Shown in pieces: positions 27,287 to 39,789 of a stretch of DNA of 64,000 nucleotides (its first letter is position 1; the number at the start of each line of letters is the position of its first letter). The stretch is from the NCBI RefSeq assembly GCF_006345805.1, contig NC_042997.1, positions 70,184,001 through 70,248,000 on the forward strand, in the 5' to 3' direction. Source of the stretch: Octopus sinensis. Its lineage: Eukaryota. The translations under genes and the position numbers were made by a program. Below the pieces are notes generated by a model. That model was not told the DNA's origin. It did no database searches and saw only the letters and a list, made by a program, of their open reading frames with translations.

Positions 27287-27359
27287 AGCGTGTTAGCCCA
27301 ATCGGATGCACGACGAGCCGTTTAAGTGTTGATTCGTGGGTTCGATTCTGGCCTGCGTT
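27287..27359 (+). pseudogene. tRNA-like SINE head or tRNA pseudogene
   Basis: A-box-like tagcccaatcgg and B-box-like ggttcgattc occur at tRNA spacing, but the stems are poor. Confidence 0.35.
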
Positions 27360-27559
27360 AACTCATTATTTTTCAGTCAATCGGAGTAAATATATATAGT
27401 AAATTATATAGTTATTATTGTGTGTACGTACGTACGTACGTATGTATGTATGTATGTATGTATGTATGTACGTACGTATGTATGTACGTACGTATGTATG
27501 TATGTATGTATGTAAAGATTCATATATCTATAATATACATACACACACACATCATCATC

Positions 27560-28230
27560 ATGGAATGATGCAACAGGTGTATAGCTGATTGGATTCTGAA
27601 ATCATTCAAAACTAGAAAAAGGGATAACATGCTACTCCTATAGAGAACTTTCGTTCCCATTCATCTAGATTACTGCTCCGGGCTGTGATCACCGCAGAGA
27701 GTCAAACTGGTGGCGGAACTTGAAACAATCCGGCAGAAGCAATCCGGCACCACTAGACGAAGAAGTGTGACCTGCTGAAACAGATTAGCTACTGGTGGAG
27801 GCTAAAGGAACTGAAAATGTACTCCGTAGAGTGAATGCGTGAGAGATATGCAGTGATATACATATGGAAGATTTTATAACCTCCCGGTTCTGGAATTGAA
27901 AACTACACCAGTTACTGAACTCGACGGCACAACATAGTGCCCAAAACCCCATCTTCTACATCTCGAATAACAACCCATGACTGTAACAGATTGGGTTTCA
28001 TAGATACACAACTATTCAACATTCTGCCAAACAACCAGATGTAGATGTAATGGTCTTCATAGAGTATTTGAACAACTTTTTATGATATACCAGATGAACC
28101 TGTATCGTGGGAAAAGGCATAAAACCAAACACTGTGCAGAAAAGAAACCCAAACGCACTGAAAGACGGTGCTTCAGCATGGCTCCAGCCTGCGGCTGAAG
28201 CAAGTAAAGGTTTTAAAAGTAAAAATAAAA
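27560..28230 (+). mobile_element. Decayed 3' end of a CR1/L2-group LINE
   Basis: WILKSFKTRKRDNMLLL*RTFVPIHLDYCS..., YWWRLKELKMYSVE*MRERYAVIYIWKIL, QLFNILP and DIPDEP are typical RT C-terminal motifs, with stops. Confidence 0.75.
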
Positions 28231-29171
28231 GAAAAAAAACTACAGCTGTGTTAGAGATACGTTTGATCATAATTCACCAAGAGCTATACTACAACAACCA
28301 AAGGTAAAATGCAATTTACGATGTAATTCCAATAGTATCTCTGCAGTTAGAGCATCTAATTTTATTTATTTACCAATCACTGTTCTCTCCTCTTGGTCCT
28401 GGGCATTCTTTATACATCCTGGTCCTTTCACCCAGTCAGTAAGCGAAGAAATTTCATAAGGCCGCCCTCCTCATATACTACCTTTCACATTTTCCAAGCA
28501 TAATTATATTTCAACCACTTTATCGTTTTACTTATGAATCTGAACCAAAGTATTTTTCTCTGCTGCCTTGCTGCTTTTATGAGTTATACTCTGTTTTTTC
28601 TAAGGCGCAATTGGAAGAATATTTGTCTAAAAAGCCGACTGACTATAAAGAGGCTCTCTCCTGGCCACAGTCTGCTTTTATGATCCGTTTCCTCTATCCA
28701 GTGGCTAGCATTAAAAATGTGGGTAAAATAAACACCAATGGCTTTGTTGAACTGTCTGTAAAATCTGAAGAATTTTACGTGAACCATTCCGTTATGGTAT
28801 AGTGAACAGCTGAACAGACCATACTATAACAATGCATCACTGAGAAATACTACTGAGAAATACAACAGCTTCACTTACGTATTTCGTATGCCATATGCAA
28901 AAAATATGTTCAAATGTCAAAACAAAAATAAATTTTATCGGAGAAATTTCAGCAGCAATGTGGGATACTAACAACTGAATATATACAAACGTGCACTCAT
29001 CCGTAAAAAGACCTCAAAATATACGTGCTCTTATGATAATGAATCAGTACAGTTATTCACAGATATTTTTCATGTCACCAAAAGAAAATCAGTTGGCGTA
29101 AAAATTTTGATAATTGCTAAAATAGTAATTTCATAAATTATCTAAATAGTAATTTTAGTAATTGTCTAAAC

Positions 29172-29417
29172 CAATTCTACTCAAAGTGATGGCCCGCGGG
29201 CCGGTGCTAGTCCGCAAGCCATCAGCTGCCGGTACGCGGCAAGTTACCAGAAAAGAAACAGTAGCATAATTTCAGTAACAAATTGTCAACTTTTATTATT
29301 TTCATTATACATATTGCTTCTGGTATAAATTAATAATTCCAAGAAATATTACCGGTCCCTGGCACATTGGAAAAAAAAACAGCCGGTATGCCACATCTGA
29401 TAGTTTGAGAAGCATTG
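29172..29417. mobile_element. 246-bp hAT-type MITE with a perfect 8-bp TSD
   Basis: GTCTAAAC at 29,164-29,171 and 29,418-29,425. The termini CAATTCTACTCAAA and TTTGAGAAGCATTG form a 12/14 inverted match. Confidence 0.85.
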
Positions 29418-29905
29418 GTCTAAACAGCAGTTTAGTTATCTCTGAAAAATGAAAAATTTCAAACGGGGATCAAAACAAAATTGGTCCCCGGCAAACTGAT
29501 ATATACTATCTATAGTAATACATATTTCTGACGCAGATACAAAACATAAGATTTCTAGAAAAAGGTTGAAAGTATATTCATGAGGTTTTTAAAATATGCC
29601 GCGTCGTGCCCATAGTTATTATCGTATTCTACACCATTTTAACAACAAAATAAGTCTTAAACAGTTACAAGGCAGTAGTAGCAGATCGAACTGGGTTCTT
29701 CAGCATAATTTGTATTGATTTCTGTGAGAGGAAAATAACAATTCCACTTTACAAGGCAATGTTTCAACACGAAATTGTAAAACACTTTTAGTTCATTGTC
29801 CGACCGTTTCTGTCACTTTATTTTAAAAGATTATTATTATCATCTTTTTTTTTTGTTACTAATTATCTTAACTTTAGGTTTGAATTTTATTGTTTGATAT
29901 ATATA

Positions 29906-29986
<81 letters not shown>

Positions 29987-30002
29987 ATATAAATATATAT
30001 AT

Positions 30003-30396
30003 ACTAGCAGTATCGCCCGGCGTTGCGGGTTTGTAAGGGAAATAATTATATAAGCATTTTTAGAGATGTAAAGTATAATAGCCATCTCAATATGGCTAAC
30101 CACAAAGGGGGAGGGGTGTTACTGTAGCTTTTTACGTTCTGAGATTTAATAATAAATTTTAGAGAGTTTACTTCCCTTATATATGTCAAAAATGGATAAA
30201 AATGGGAAAAATTGATGGTAAATTTTTTTTAATCGTAGACTCATCGTAGACGCGCGCTAATACCCAGACGGTCTCGATATGAATCACGACTATAAGATAC
30301 CCGGTTTGGTTGTTAACTGCACCGCAAAATGTGGGAGTAGTTAGGAATCTAAATCGTAGGAGACAGACACACAACCTCACTTTTATATATAAAGAT
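30003..30396 (+). mobile_element. Non-autonomous Helitron-like element
   Basis: It starts actagcagtatcgcccggcgttgcggg after (TA)n and ends ttttatatataaagat, the terminal pattern of invertebrate non-autonomous Helitron-like repeats. Confidence 0.45.
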
Positions 30397-30556
30397 TTCC
30401 TCTATTTACCATAATATTGAGGTCTCTTTCTTTGGTTATCTTACTGTTTTTACCAATATACATATATATATATATATATAAATATATATATAGTTACAGA
30501 GATGTACTTGCATAGCAAGTGACTTGATCTGAGATCGTGTGCTGGAACGAAAACAG

Positions 30557-30813
30557 TTGCAGCGTTGAAGGTGTTTATAAGCCATTTAAGAAACACACAA
30601 AAACCGTTAGATTCACTTCAACATTTAAATTTAATTTGTGAAAATATTTTCGTCGCTTTGAGACCGCGACCTGTTAGCACGATATTTTTGTCAGTGACAG
30701 GTCGCGGTCTCAAAGCGACGAAAATATTTTGGCAAATTAAATTTAATGTTGAAGTGAATGTAACGGTTTTTGTGTGTTTCTTAAATGGCTTACAAACACC
30801 TTCCACGCTGCAA
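30557..30813. repeat. ~118-bp inverted repeat with a 22-bp spacer
   Basis: 30,557-30,674 is the reverse complement of 30,697-30,813 with few mismatches (…tttcgtcgctttgagaccgcgacctgt / acaggtcgcggtctcaaagcgacgaaa…). Confidence 0.9.
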
Positions 30814-30904
30814 TATATATATACACATATATATATATATATGTATGTATGTATGTATGTGTGTATATGTGTATGCATGTATGGGTGTGTGTGTGCGTGT
30901 CTGT

Positions 30905-31115
30905 GCTTGTGATTGTCCTCCACCACTGCTTGAAAACGAATGTTGGTTTGTTTACATCCCTGTCACCTAGTGGTTTGACAAAGGAACAGATAGAATAAGT
31001 ACAATGCTTACAAAAATAAAACTGGAGTTGATTCATTAAACTACAATTCTTCAAGGCATTGCCCCAGCATGGCCACAGACCAATGGCTGGAAAAAGCAGA
31101 AGAATAAAAGAATAC
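30905..31115 (+). mobile_element. SINE family B copy
   Basis: …cactgcttgaaaacgaatgttggtttgtttacatccc…gatagaataagtac…ttcaaggcattgccccagcatggccacag. Confidence 0.6.
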
Positions 31116-31179
31116 ATTCTCTGCTTTGGTCTTATGTTCAAGGCATGAGAAAGCTTGAGTTTACATGAGAAGGCCTAAC

Positions 31180-31447
31180 AGACCTGGTAGAAAACAGCAG
31201 CCAAATCTCCCTCAAATCACACCTTACTGTCTTATGTATGTATATATATATGAGCCAATGAGGGGGACCTCTACATGGTAGCTAGACCTGGTAGAAATAG
31301 CAGCCAAATTTCCCCCAAATCACACCTTACTGTCTTATCTATGTATATATGTATGTATGAGCCTATGAGGGAGACCCCTACATGGCAGCTAGACATGGTA
31401 GAAATAGCAGCCAAATCTCCCTCAAATCACACCTACTGTCTTATCTT
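31180..31447 (+). repeat. Tandem repeat, ~105-bp unit, ~2.5 copies
   Basis: agacctggtagaaatagcagccaaatctccctcaaatcacaccttactgtcttat…atgagcc(a/t)atgaggg(g/a)gacc(t/c)ctacatgg(t/c)agct is repeated. Confidence 0.85.
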
Positions 31448-32000
31448 TCTGCTACTTGGATATAGGTCTTATATTCGTCGTAAAAAACTTTCCTGTCACA
31501 CACTCACGCACACGCACACACACGCACACACACACACACGCACCTCCACACACACACCGCGCGCACACACACACACACTCACACACACGCACGTTAGCTT
31601 ACAATTTTATTTATATATTTGCGTGTCAATGTGTGGAAAGAGGAAGTGGGAGCAGAGCAGAGTGAAAGATCACTCACTACAGTAGTGAAATACTTTCATT
31701 TTATTCGTTGCCCACTGTGTGTGTGCGTTTGCGTGTGGTGCAAACCAGACTAAGAAAAGCATTTGACACACACACCAGAATGTGAGTTTTCTGTAAATTT
31801 TGCTTAATTGGAGTTTAAATTTTAAAAACTGGACCTGGCATGACGCGATGCATTGTGCTCTTAAAAATGCTAGGTAAATTGTAATTGAAGAAATCCTATA
31901 TTGTAGATTTCTATAACTCCCAAAGGGAGGCAGATAAAATCTGCCTTTTATAATAAGAGATATATATTATATGTGTATTATATATAGAGATATATATATG

Positions 32001-32075
<75 letters not shown>

Positions 32076-32157
32076 GGTCCCGGGTTGATTCGGGGTAACC
32101 ACAGTAAATAAGGTACTCAATACATAGCAGAGTAAAATTAATTTATTATATAGAAGG

Positions 32158-32208
32158 AGCTTCTACAGGACTATAACTGTTTCATTCAAGAGAAATCTTC
32201 AGGAAGCT
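32158..32208 (-). ncRNA. Type I hammerhead ribozyme motif near the PLE 3' terminus
   Basis: Same motif as 2,562-2,612, with stem III loop variant TTATAGTC. It is in the same orientation as the GIY-YIG ORF, ~3.3 kb downstream of its stop. Confidence 0.7.
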
Positions 32209-33222
32209 AGTTAACAAGAATTGTATTGGCATTTATACATTTAGGCAGGTTTAAAGGGGTGTTGGTGGGGGACTTTTTGGGGGTAGGCATAGCGCAAAAT
32301 ATCATACTTGGGGCAGTGGTCAAGGAGTCAGTGTTAAATTAGATAGAAGAATAAATAAAAAAATAAAAATATATATATATAAAAAAAAGGGAATAGAGTT
32401 TTAGGTAAATAAGGAGATTCTCACTTATACTATGCACATATGTATACATATATACACACACATACAAACTAACTATATACATATACATACACACATAATA
32501 CACACACACATATATACATATATATACACTTACACATACATATACATATCTACACATACACATATATGTATACATACACACACTCACATGCATACACGTA
32601 TACACACATGTATATATACACACACGACCACACATACATATACACACAGAAAAATATATATACACATACACACACATACTCACATACACGCATACACACA
32701 CATATCCACACACACACATGCACACACAGCACACTCGTCCCTATATACACATATATACACATACACTCATATATATACACACACATACATATACATACAT
32801 ATATATATCTATATATATATATACATATGTGTATCCATGCATACCTACACATACACACATATATATATACACATACAAATACAGACCCATTCCCTAATTT
32901 TAATTTTATTATCTTCATTTATTACTTTTGTTATCTTTGACCTCTGGTCACAAACATCTTGGCTATGACAGCCAGTCCATGGAAAACAAGCACTCATTCA
33001 CTCACGCACACTCTTTAGCACGTACACTCACTCATTCGTACACTCATACACATACACGCACGCACGCGTTATATTCATACATACATACATCTACATACAT
33101 TCACGTATATACACATACGTACGCGTACCTACAGATTCATGTCTACACTCTTAGAAGGCTAGTCTATACATATACAACCAATAATATAAATACACACACA
33201 TACATATACACCTACATACACA

Positions 33223-33268
<46 letters not shown>

Positions 33269-33284
33269 TCACATATATATACAC

Positions 33285-33327
<43 letters not shown>

Positions 33328-33542
33328 TATATACACATATATACACACATACACATACATACATATACACACATACACATACATACGTATACATACATAC
33401 ATCCATACATCCATCCATACATACATTTATACACATACACACACCCACACGTATACATATACATACACATATATACGCGCATGCATACACATACAAATAC
33501 ATACACATACGCATATACATATACATACATACATATACACAC

Positions 33543-33597
<55 letters not shown>

Positions 33598-33985
33598 TAT
33601 ATACATATACATACACACACATACATATACATACATACATATACAAATATACGCACACACATACATACATACTCATATACACATACACGCACATACACAT
33701 GTACATGCGTACCCATACACACACACACACACACGCGCATCCATATATACACCTAAGTACACACATGCGTAAAAGTATACATATATCTATGCTTACACAT
33801 ACACACACACACACACGCGCCTCCTTATATTCATACTTACATGCATACTCAAAAAATAAGTAAATAGTTAAATATATATATACGCGCAGTTATTCATACA
33901 TGCATACTCAAAAAATAAATAATAAATATTAAGTATATGTACGTGCAGTTACCTATTATATAGACGGATACATACATATAAACTT

Positions 33986-34028
<43 letters not shown>

Positions 34029-34549
34029 TACACATATATATACATATACATATACACACATATATATACACACACACACATACACACATATATATACATA
34101 CTACTTACACACATGTGTACAAATACATACACACATAGATAACTCTACGTACCTACATATACATAAACACACGAGCGTACACGTGTATGTACAAATACAC
34201 ATACACATACACACGCATATATATACTACATACATACACATACACCATATATACACACACACATATACATATATATATATATATATATATAATATTATAT
34301 ATATATATACATACACACACATATACATGTGTGCAAACATACATACATACTCATACACGCACACACACTTACATATACATATATACACACACTTACACAC
34401 ACATATATAATACACATATACATACATACATACATATATGCATACATACACACACGCATATATATATACATACATACACATACACATACCTATCATATAT
34501 ATACACACTATATATACACATGCACATACTTATATCTCTACATACTCGC

Positions 34550-34594
<45 letters not shown>

Positions 34595-34830
34595 TACATA
34601 TACCTATATACATGTATATATACACATCTACAATTTGTATCTACCCTCACATACATGCACATGCACATAACTCTGCATACCTACATATACATCGACATAC
34701 TCGCGTACACTCATATGTATACACATATATACATATACACACACACATACATATACATATATATATATATAATATATATAAATATATACATAATACACAT
34801 ACACACACATACATACACATATATATATAC

Positions 34831-34865
<35 letters not shown>

Positions 34866-35489
34866 CATATATATACATACATACACATATACATACATGT
34901 ACATATATATATATACATATACATACATATACACACACATACATATATCAACAATTGAGGGTAAGGTTAATTAGTTATTAATCAATTTCACCAAGTATTC
35001 AGTATGTAAAAGGACCATTATTTTTTTGAGTAAACAATGTCTGAGGGAAAATATTCTCTAAGTAGTGGAAGAGGCTAAAAAACTTTTTTGGCTGCTATTT
35101 CTAGAAAGTTCAGTATGTGGAAAGTAATTTATTTTTACTACCCTAATTATATAATATTTATACATACATACACTACATACACACATACATATACACATAC
35201 ATATGCATACACACATATATACATATATACATATACACATATATACATATATACACACACACACACACACACGCACATACATATATATATATATTTTTTT
35301 TTTTTTACATACATACACACACACACATAATGCATGCGTATATTCCTACTATACCCATACATTTCTATACATATATACGATTCACATATACAAACGTGCA
35401 CATACAATATGTGAAAGGTCTTAGGAGAAAAGGTAGTCGGGGGTGCTAGGGGAACGGTGGGGTTGGGGGGTTTTGTGGGTGGGGTGTCA

Positions 35490-36158
35490 TCAATCTGGTT
35501 GCCGGGTAGGTCTATAGTTCTTGTAGTGCGCATACTTCTTATGCATGCAATTTGGGGAGTGTTCTGAGATTTTGTTAAGAAGAGGGCCTTTGGCGAACAA
35601 GATCTCTAGGCTCTCCGATATGCAGAGGTCACAGCAGGTATTGCCTCCTGTGTACGAGCGCGCCTTCTGTAGTAGTTTCCACTTGGTCTTGAAGGGGATG
35701 GAGTTCCTTTTAAGGTACCAGATGTGGGCGGCGAGGGTAGTTTGTTTGGATTTATCCTGTCGCCGGAACGAGTGTGTGTGTGCGTACCAACGGGTCTTAA
35801 AGCTGTTTGACGTCATTCCGATGTAGGATTTTCTTTTATCGTCAGGGCCTGATCTTACCTCGCATGTATATACTAGGTCCCTCTGTAGGCAGTTGTTGTT
35901 GAGGGGGCAGGTGGTTTTATCAGGGCAGTTGCAATTGCTATCGGTCGTTGGATGGGCCTCGGAAAAAGTAGATATGTTAAGTTTTTTCACATTGTTGTTG
36001 GCTAGGTTCCTGGCTAGATTGGGCGTGGTAGAGTAGGAGAGTCTAATAGTGTTCTTATTTAGGATAGTGTAGTACTTATGTTGGGTGGAGAGCCTAGAGA
36101 TCTTGTTCGCCAAAGGCCCTCTCCTTAACAAAATCTCAGAACACTCCCCAAATTGCAT
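35490..36158 (-). CDS. 222-aa ORF: Penelope-type GIY-YIG endonuclease domain (first 24 aa derive from the inverted arm)
   Basis: CNCPDKTTCPLNNNC linker, LVY...SYIGMT...FKTRWYAH..SFR, CDLCISE and LLNK...CMH, with no internal stops. Expression is unknown. Confidence 0.75.
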   Translation of the reverse strand: MQFGECSEILLRRGPLANKISRLSTQHKYYTILNKNTIRLSYSTTPNLARNLANNNVKKLNISTFSEAHPTTDSNCNCPDKTTCPLNNNCLQRDLVYTCEVRSGPDDKRKSYIGMTSNSFKTRWYAHTHSFRRQDKSKQTTLAAHIWYLKRNSIPFKTKWKLLQKARSYTGGNTCCDLCISESLEILFAKGPLLNKISEHSPNCMHKKYAHYKNYRPTRQPD

Positions 36159-36427
36159 GCATAAGAAGTATGCGAACTACAAGAACTATAGACCTACCCG
36201 GCAACCAGATTGATGACACCCCACCCACAAAACCCCCCAACCCCACCGTTCCCCTAGAACCCCCGACTACCTTTTCTCCTAAGACCTTTCACATATTGTA
36301 TGTGCACGCTTGTATATGTGTATCGTATATATGTATAGAAATGTATGGGTATAGTAGGAATATACGCATGTATTATGTGTGTGTGTGTGTGTATGTATGT
36401 AAAAAAAAATATATATATTTATATGTA

Positions 36428-36468
<41 letters not shown>

Positions 36469-36848
36469 ATATATGTGTATATGTATATATGTATATATGT
36501 GTGTATGCATATGTATGTGTATATGTATGTGTGTATGTATGTGTATGTATGTATAAATATTATATAATTAGGGCTTAGTAAAATAAATTACTTTGCCACA
36601 TACTGAACTTTCTAGAAATAGCAGCCAAAAAAGTTTTTTAGCCTCTTCCACTACTTAGAGAATATTTTCCCTCGGACATTGTTTACTCAAAAAAATAATG
36701 GTCCTTTTACATACTGAATACTTGGTGAAATTGATTAATAACTAATTAACCTTACCCTCAATTGTTGATATATGTATGTGTGTGTATATGTATGTATATG
36801 TATATATATATGTACATGTATGTATATGTGTATGTATGTATATATATG

Positions 36849-36887
<39 letters not shown>

Positions 36888-37165
36888 GTGTGTGTGTATA
36901 TATATATGTGAATGTATGTGTGTGTATATGTGTATTATGTATATATTTATATATATATATATATGTATATATATGTGTGTGTGTATATGTATATATGTGT
37001 ATACATATGAGTGTACGCGAGTATGTCGATGTATATGTAGGTATGCAGAGTTATGTGTATGTGCATGTATGTGAGGGTAGATACAATTGTAGATGTGTAT
37101 ATATATGTGTGTGTATATATACATGTATATAGGTATATGTATGTGTGTGTATATATATTATATAT

Positions 37166-37224
<59 letters not shown>

Positions 37225-37460
37225 GCGAGTATGTAGAGATATAAGTATGTGCATGTGTATATATATGTGTGTATATATATGTATATGTATGTGTATGTGT
37301 ATGTATGTATATATATATGCGTGTGTGTATGTATGCATATATGTATGTATGTATGTATATGTGTATTATATATGTGTGTAAGTGTGTGTATATATGTATA
37401 TGTAAGTGTGTGTGCGTGTATGAGTATGTATGTATGTTTGCACACATGTATATGTGTGTG

Positions 37461-37501
<41 letters not shown>

Positions 37502-37736
37502 GTGTGTGTGTGTATATATGTGTGTATGTGTATGTATGTATGTATATATATGCGTGTGTATGTGTATGTGTATTTGTACATACACGTGTACGCTCGTGTG
37601 TTTATGTATATGTAGGTACGTAGAGTTATCTATGTGTGTATGTATTTGTACACATGTGTGTAAGTATGTATATATATATGTGTGTATGTGTGTGTGTATA
37701 TATATGTGTGTATATGTATATGAATATATATGTGTA

Positions 37737-37796
<60 letters not shown>

Positions 37797-39659
37797 GTAT
37801 ATATATGTGTGTGTAAGTTTATATGTATGTATCCGTCTATATAATAGGTAACTGCACGTACATATACTTAATATTTATTATTTATTTTTTGAGTATGCAT
37901 GTATGAATAACTGCGCGTATATATATATTTAACTATTTACTTATTTTTTGAGTATGCATGTAAGTATGAATATAAGGAGGCGCGTGTGTGTGTGTGTATG
38001 TGTAATCATAGATATATGTATACTTTTACGCATGTGTGTACTTAGGTGTATATATGGATGCGCGTGTGTGTGTGTGGTAGTGTAAATCATAGATATATGT
38101 ATACTTTTACGCATGTGTGTACTTAGGTGTATATATGGATGCGCGTGTGTGTGTGTGTGTATGGGTACGCATGTACATGTGTATGTGCGTGTATGTGTAT
38201 ATGAGTATGTATGTATGTGTGTGCGTATATTTGTATATGTATGTATGTATATGTATGTGTGTGTATGTATATGTATATATATATATATAATATATATATA
38301 TTATATATATGTATATATATATATATATGTATATGTATGTATGTATGTATATGCGTATGTGTATGTATTTGTATGTGTATGCATGCGCGTATATATGTGT
38401 ATGTATATGTATACGTGTGGGTGTGTGTATGTGTATAAATGTATGTATGTATGGATGTATGGATGTATGGATGTATGTATGTATGTAACGTATGTATGTG
38501 TATGTGTGTATATGTATGTATGTGTATGTGTGTATATATGTGTATATATGTGTATATGTGTATATATATATATGTATATATATATGTGTATATATATGTG
38601 AATGTATATATATATATATATACATGTATGTATTTGTATGTAGGTGTATATGTATGTGTGTGTATTTATATTTATTGGTGTATATGTATAGACTAGCCTT
38701 CTAAGAGTGTAGACATGAATCTGTAGGTACGCGTACGTATGTGTATATACGTGAATGTATGTAGATGTATGTATGTATGAATATAACGCGTGCGTGCGTG
38801 TATGTGTATGAGTGTACGAATGAGTGAGTGTACGTGCTAAAGAGTGTGCGTGAGTGAATGAGTGCTTGTTTTCCAGTAGACAGATAAATGGACTGGCTGT
38901 CATAGCCAAGATGTTTGTGACCAGCGGTCAAAGATAACAAAAGTAATAAATGAAGATAATAAAATTAAAATTAGGGAATGGGTCTGTATTTGTATGTGTA
39001 TATATATATGTGTGTATGTGTAGGCATGCATGGGTACACATATGTATATAAATATATATATATATATGTATGTATATGTATGTGTGTGTATATATATGAG
39101 TGTATGTGTATATATGTGTATATAGGGACGAGTGTGCTGTGTGTGCATTTGTGTGTGTGGATATGTGTGTGTATGCGTGTATGTGAGTATGTGTGTGTAT
39201 GTGTATATATATTTTTCTGTGTGTATATGTATGTGTGGTCGTGTGTGTATATATACATGTGTGTATACGTGTATGCATGTGAGTGTGTGTATGTATACAT
39301 ATATGTGTATGTGTAGATATGTATATGTATGTGTAAGTGTATATATATGTATATATGTGTGTGTGTATGTATGTGTGTATGTATATGTATATATGTTTGT
39401 ATGTGTGTGTATATATGTATACATATGTGCATAGGTATAAGTGAGAATCTCCTTATTTACCTAAAACTCTATTCCCTTTTTTTTATATATATATTTTTTT
39501 TTTTTTATTTTTATTTATTCTTCTATCTAATTTAACACTGACTCCTTGACCACTGCCCCAAGTATGATTTTTTGCGCTATGCCTACCCCCAAAAAGTCCC
39601 CCACCAACACCCCTTTAAACCTGCCTAAATGTATAATGCCAATACAATTCTTGTTAACT

Positions 39660-39710
39660 AGCTTCCTGAAGATTTCTCTTGAATGAAACAGTTCTAGTCC
39701 TGTAGAAGCT
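39660..39710 (+). ncRNA. Type I hammerhead ribozyme motif (inverted arm)
   Basis: agcttcctgaagatttctcttgaatgaaacagttctagtcctgtagaagct is identical to 2,562-2,612. Confidence 0.7.
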
Positions 39711-39736
39711 CCTTCTATATAATAAATAATATATAT

Positions 39737-39789
<53 letters not shown>

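Larger units (their letters stand above)
32072..39729. mobile_element. Giant foldback Penelope-like retroelement: 5'-truncated copy on the minus strand (36,086→32,072) plus an inverted copy of its 3' part (36,087→~39,729)
   Basis: ~32,140-35,616 is the reverse complement of 36,087-~39,729 at every unique island checked. The 470-bp spacer 35,617-36,086 encodes a GIY-YIG domain. Both ends abut (TA)n. Confidence 0.9.

Noticed and set aside
27287-27359. Functional tRNA gene
   Set aside because: Acceptor and anticodon stems pair poorly. It is kept only as a SINE head or pseudogene.
31180-31447. CRISPR-like array or any prokaryotic defence system
   Set aside because: The units are whole ~105-bp tandem copies without unique spacers, there are no cas genes, and the context is eukaryotic.
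35545-35826. 93-aa plus-strand ORF sharing its N-terminus with the GIY-YIG ORF
   Set aside because: It is the mirror product of the palindrome reading antisense through the nuclease region.
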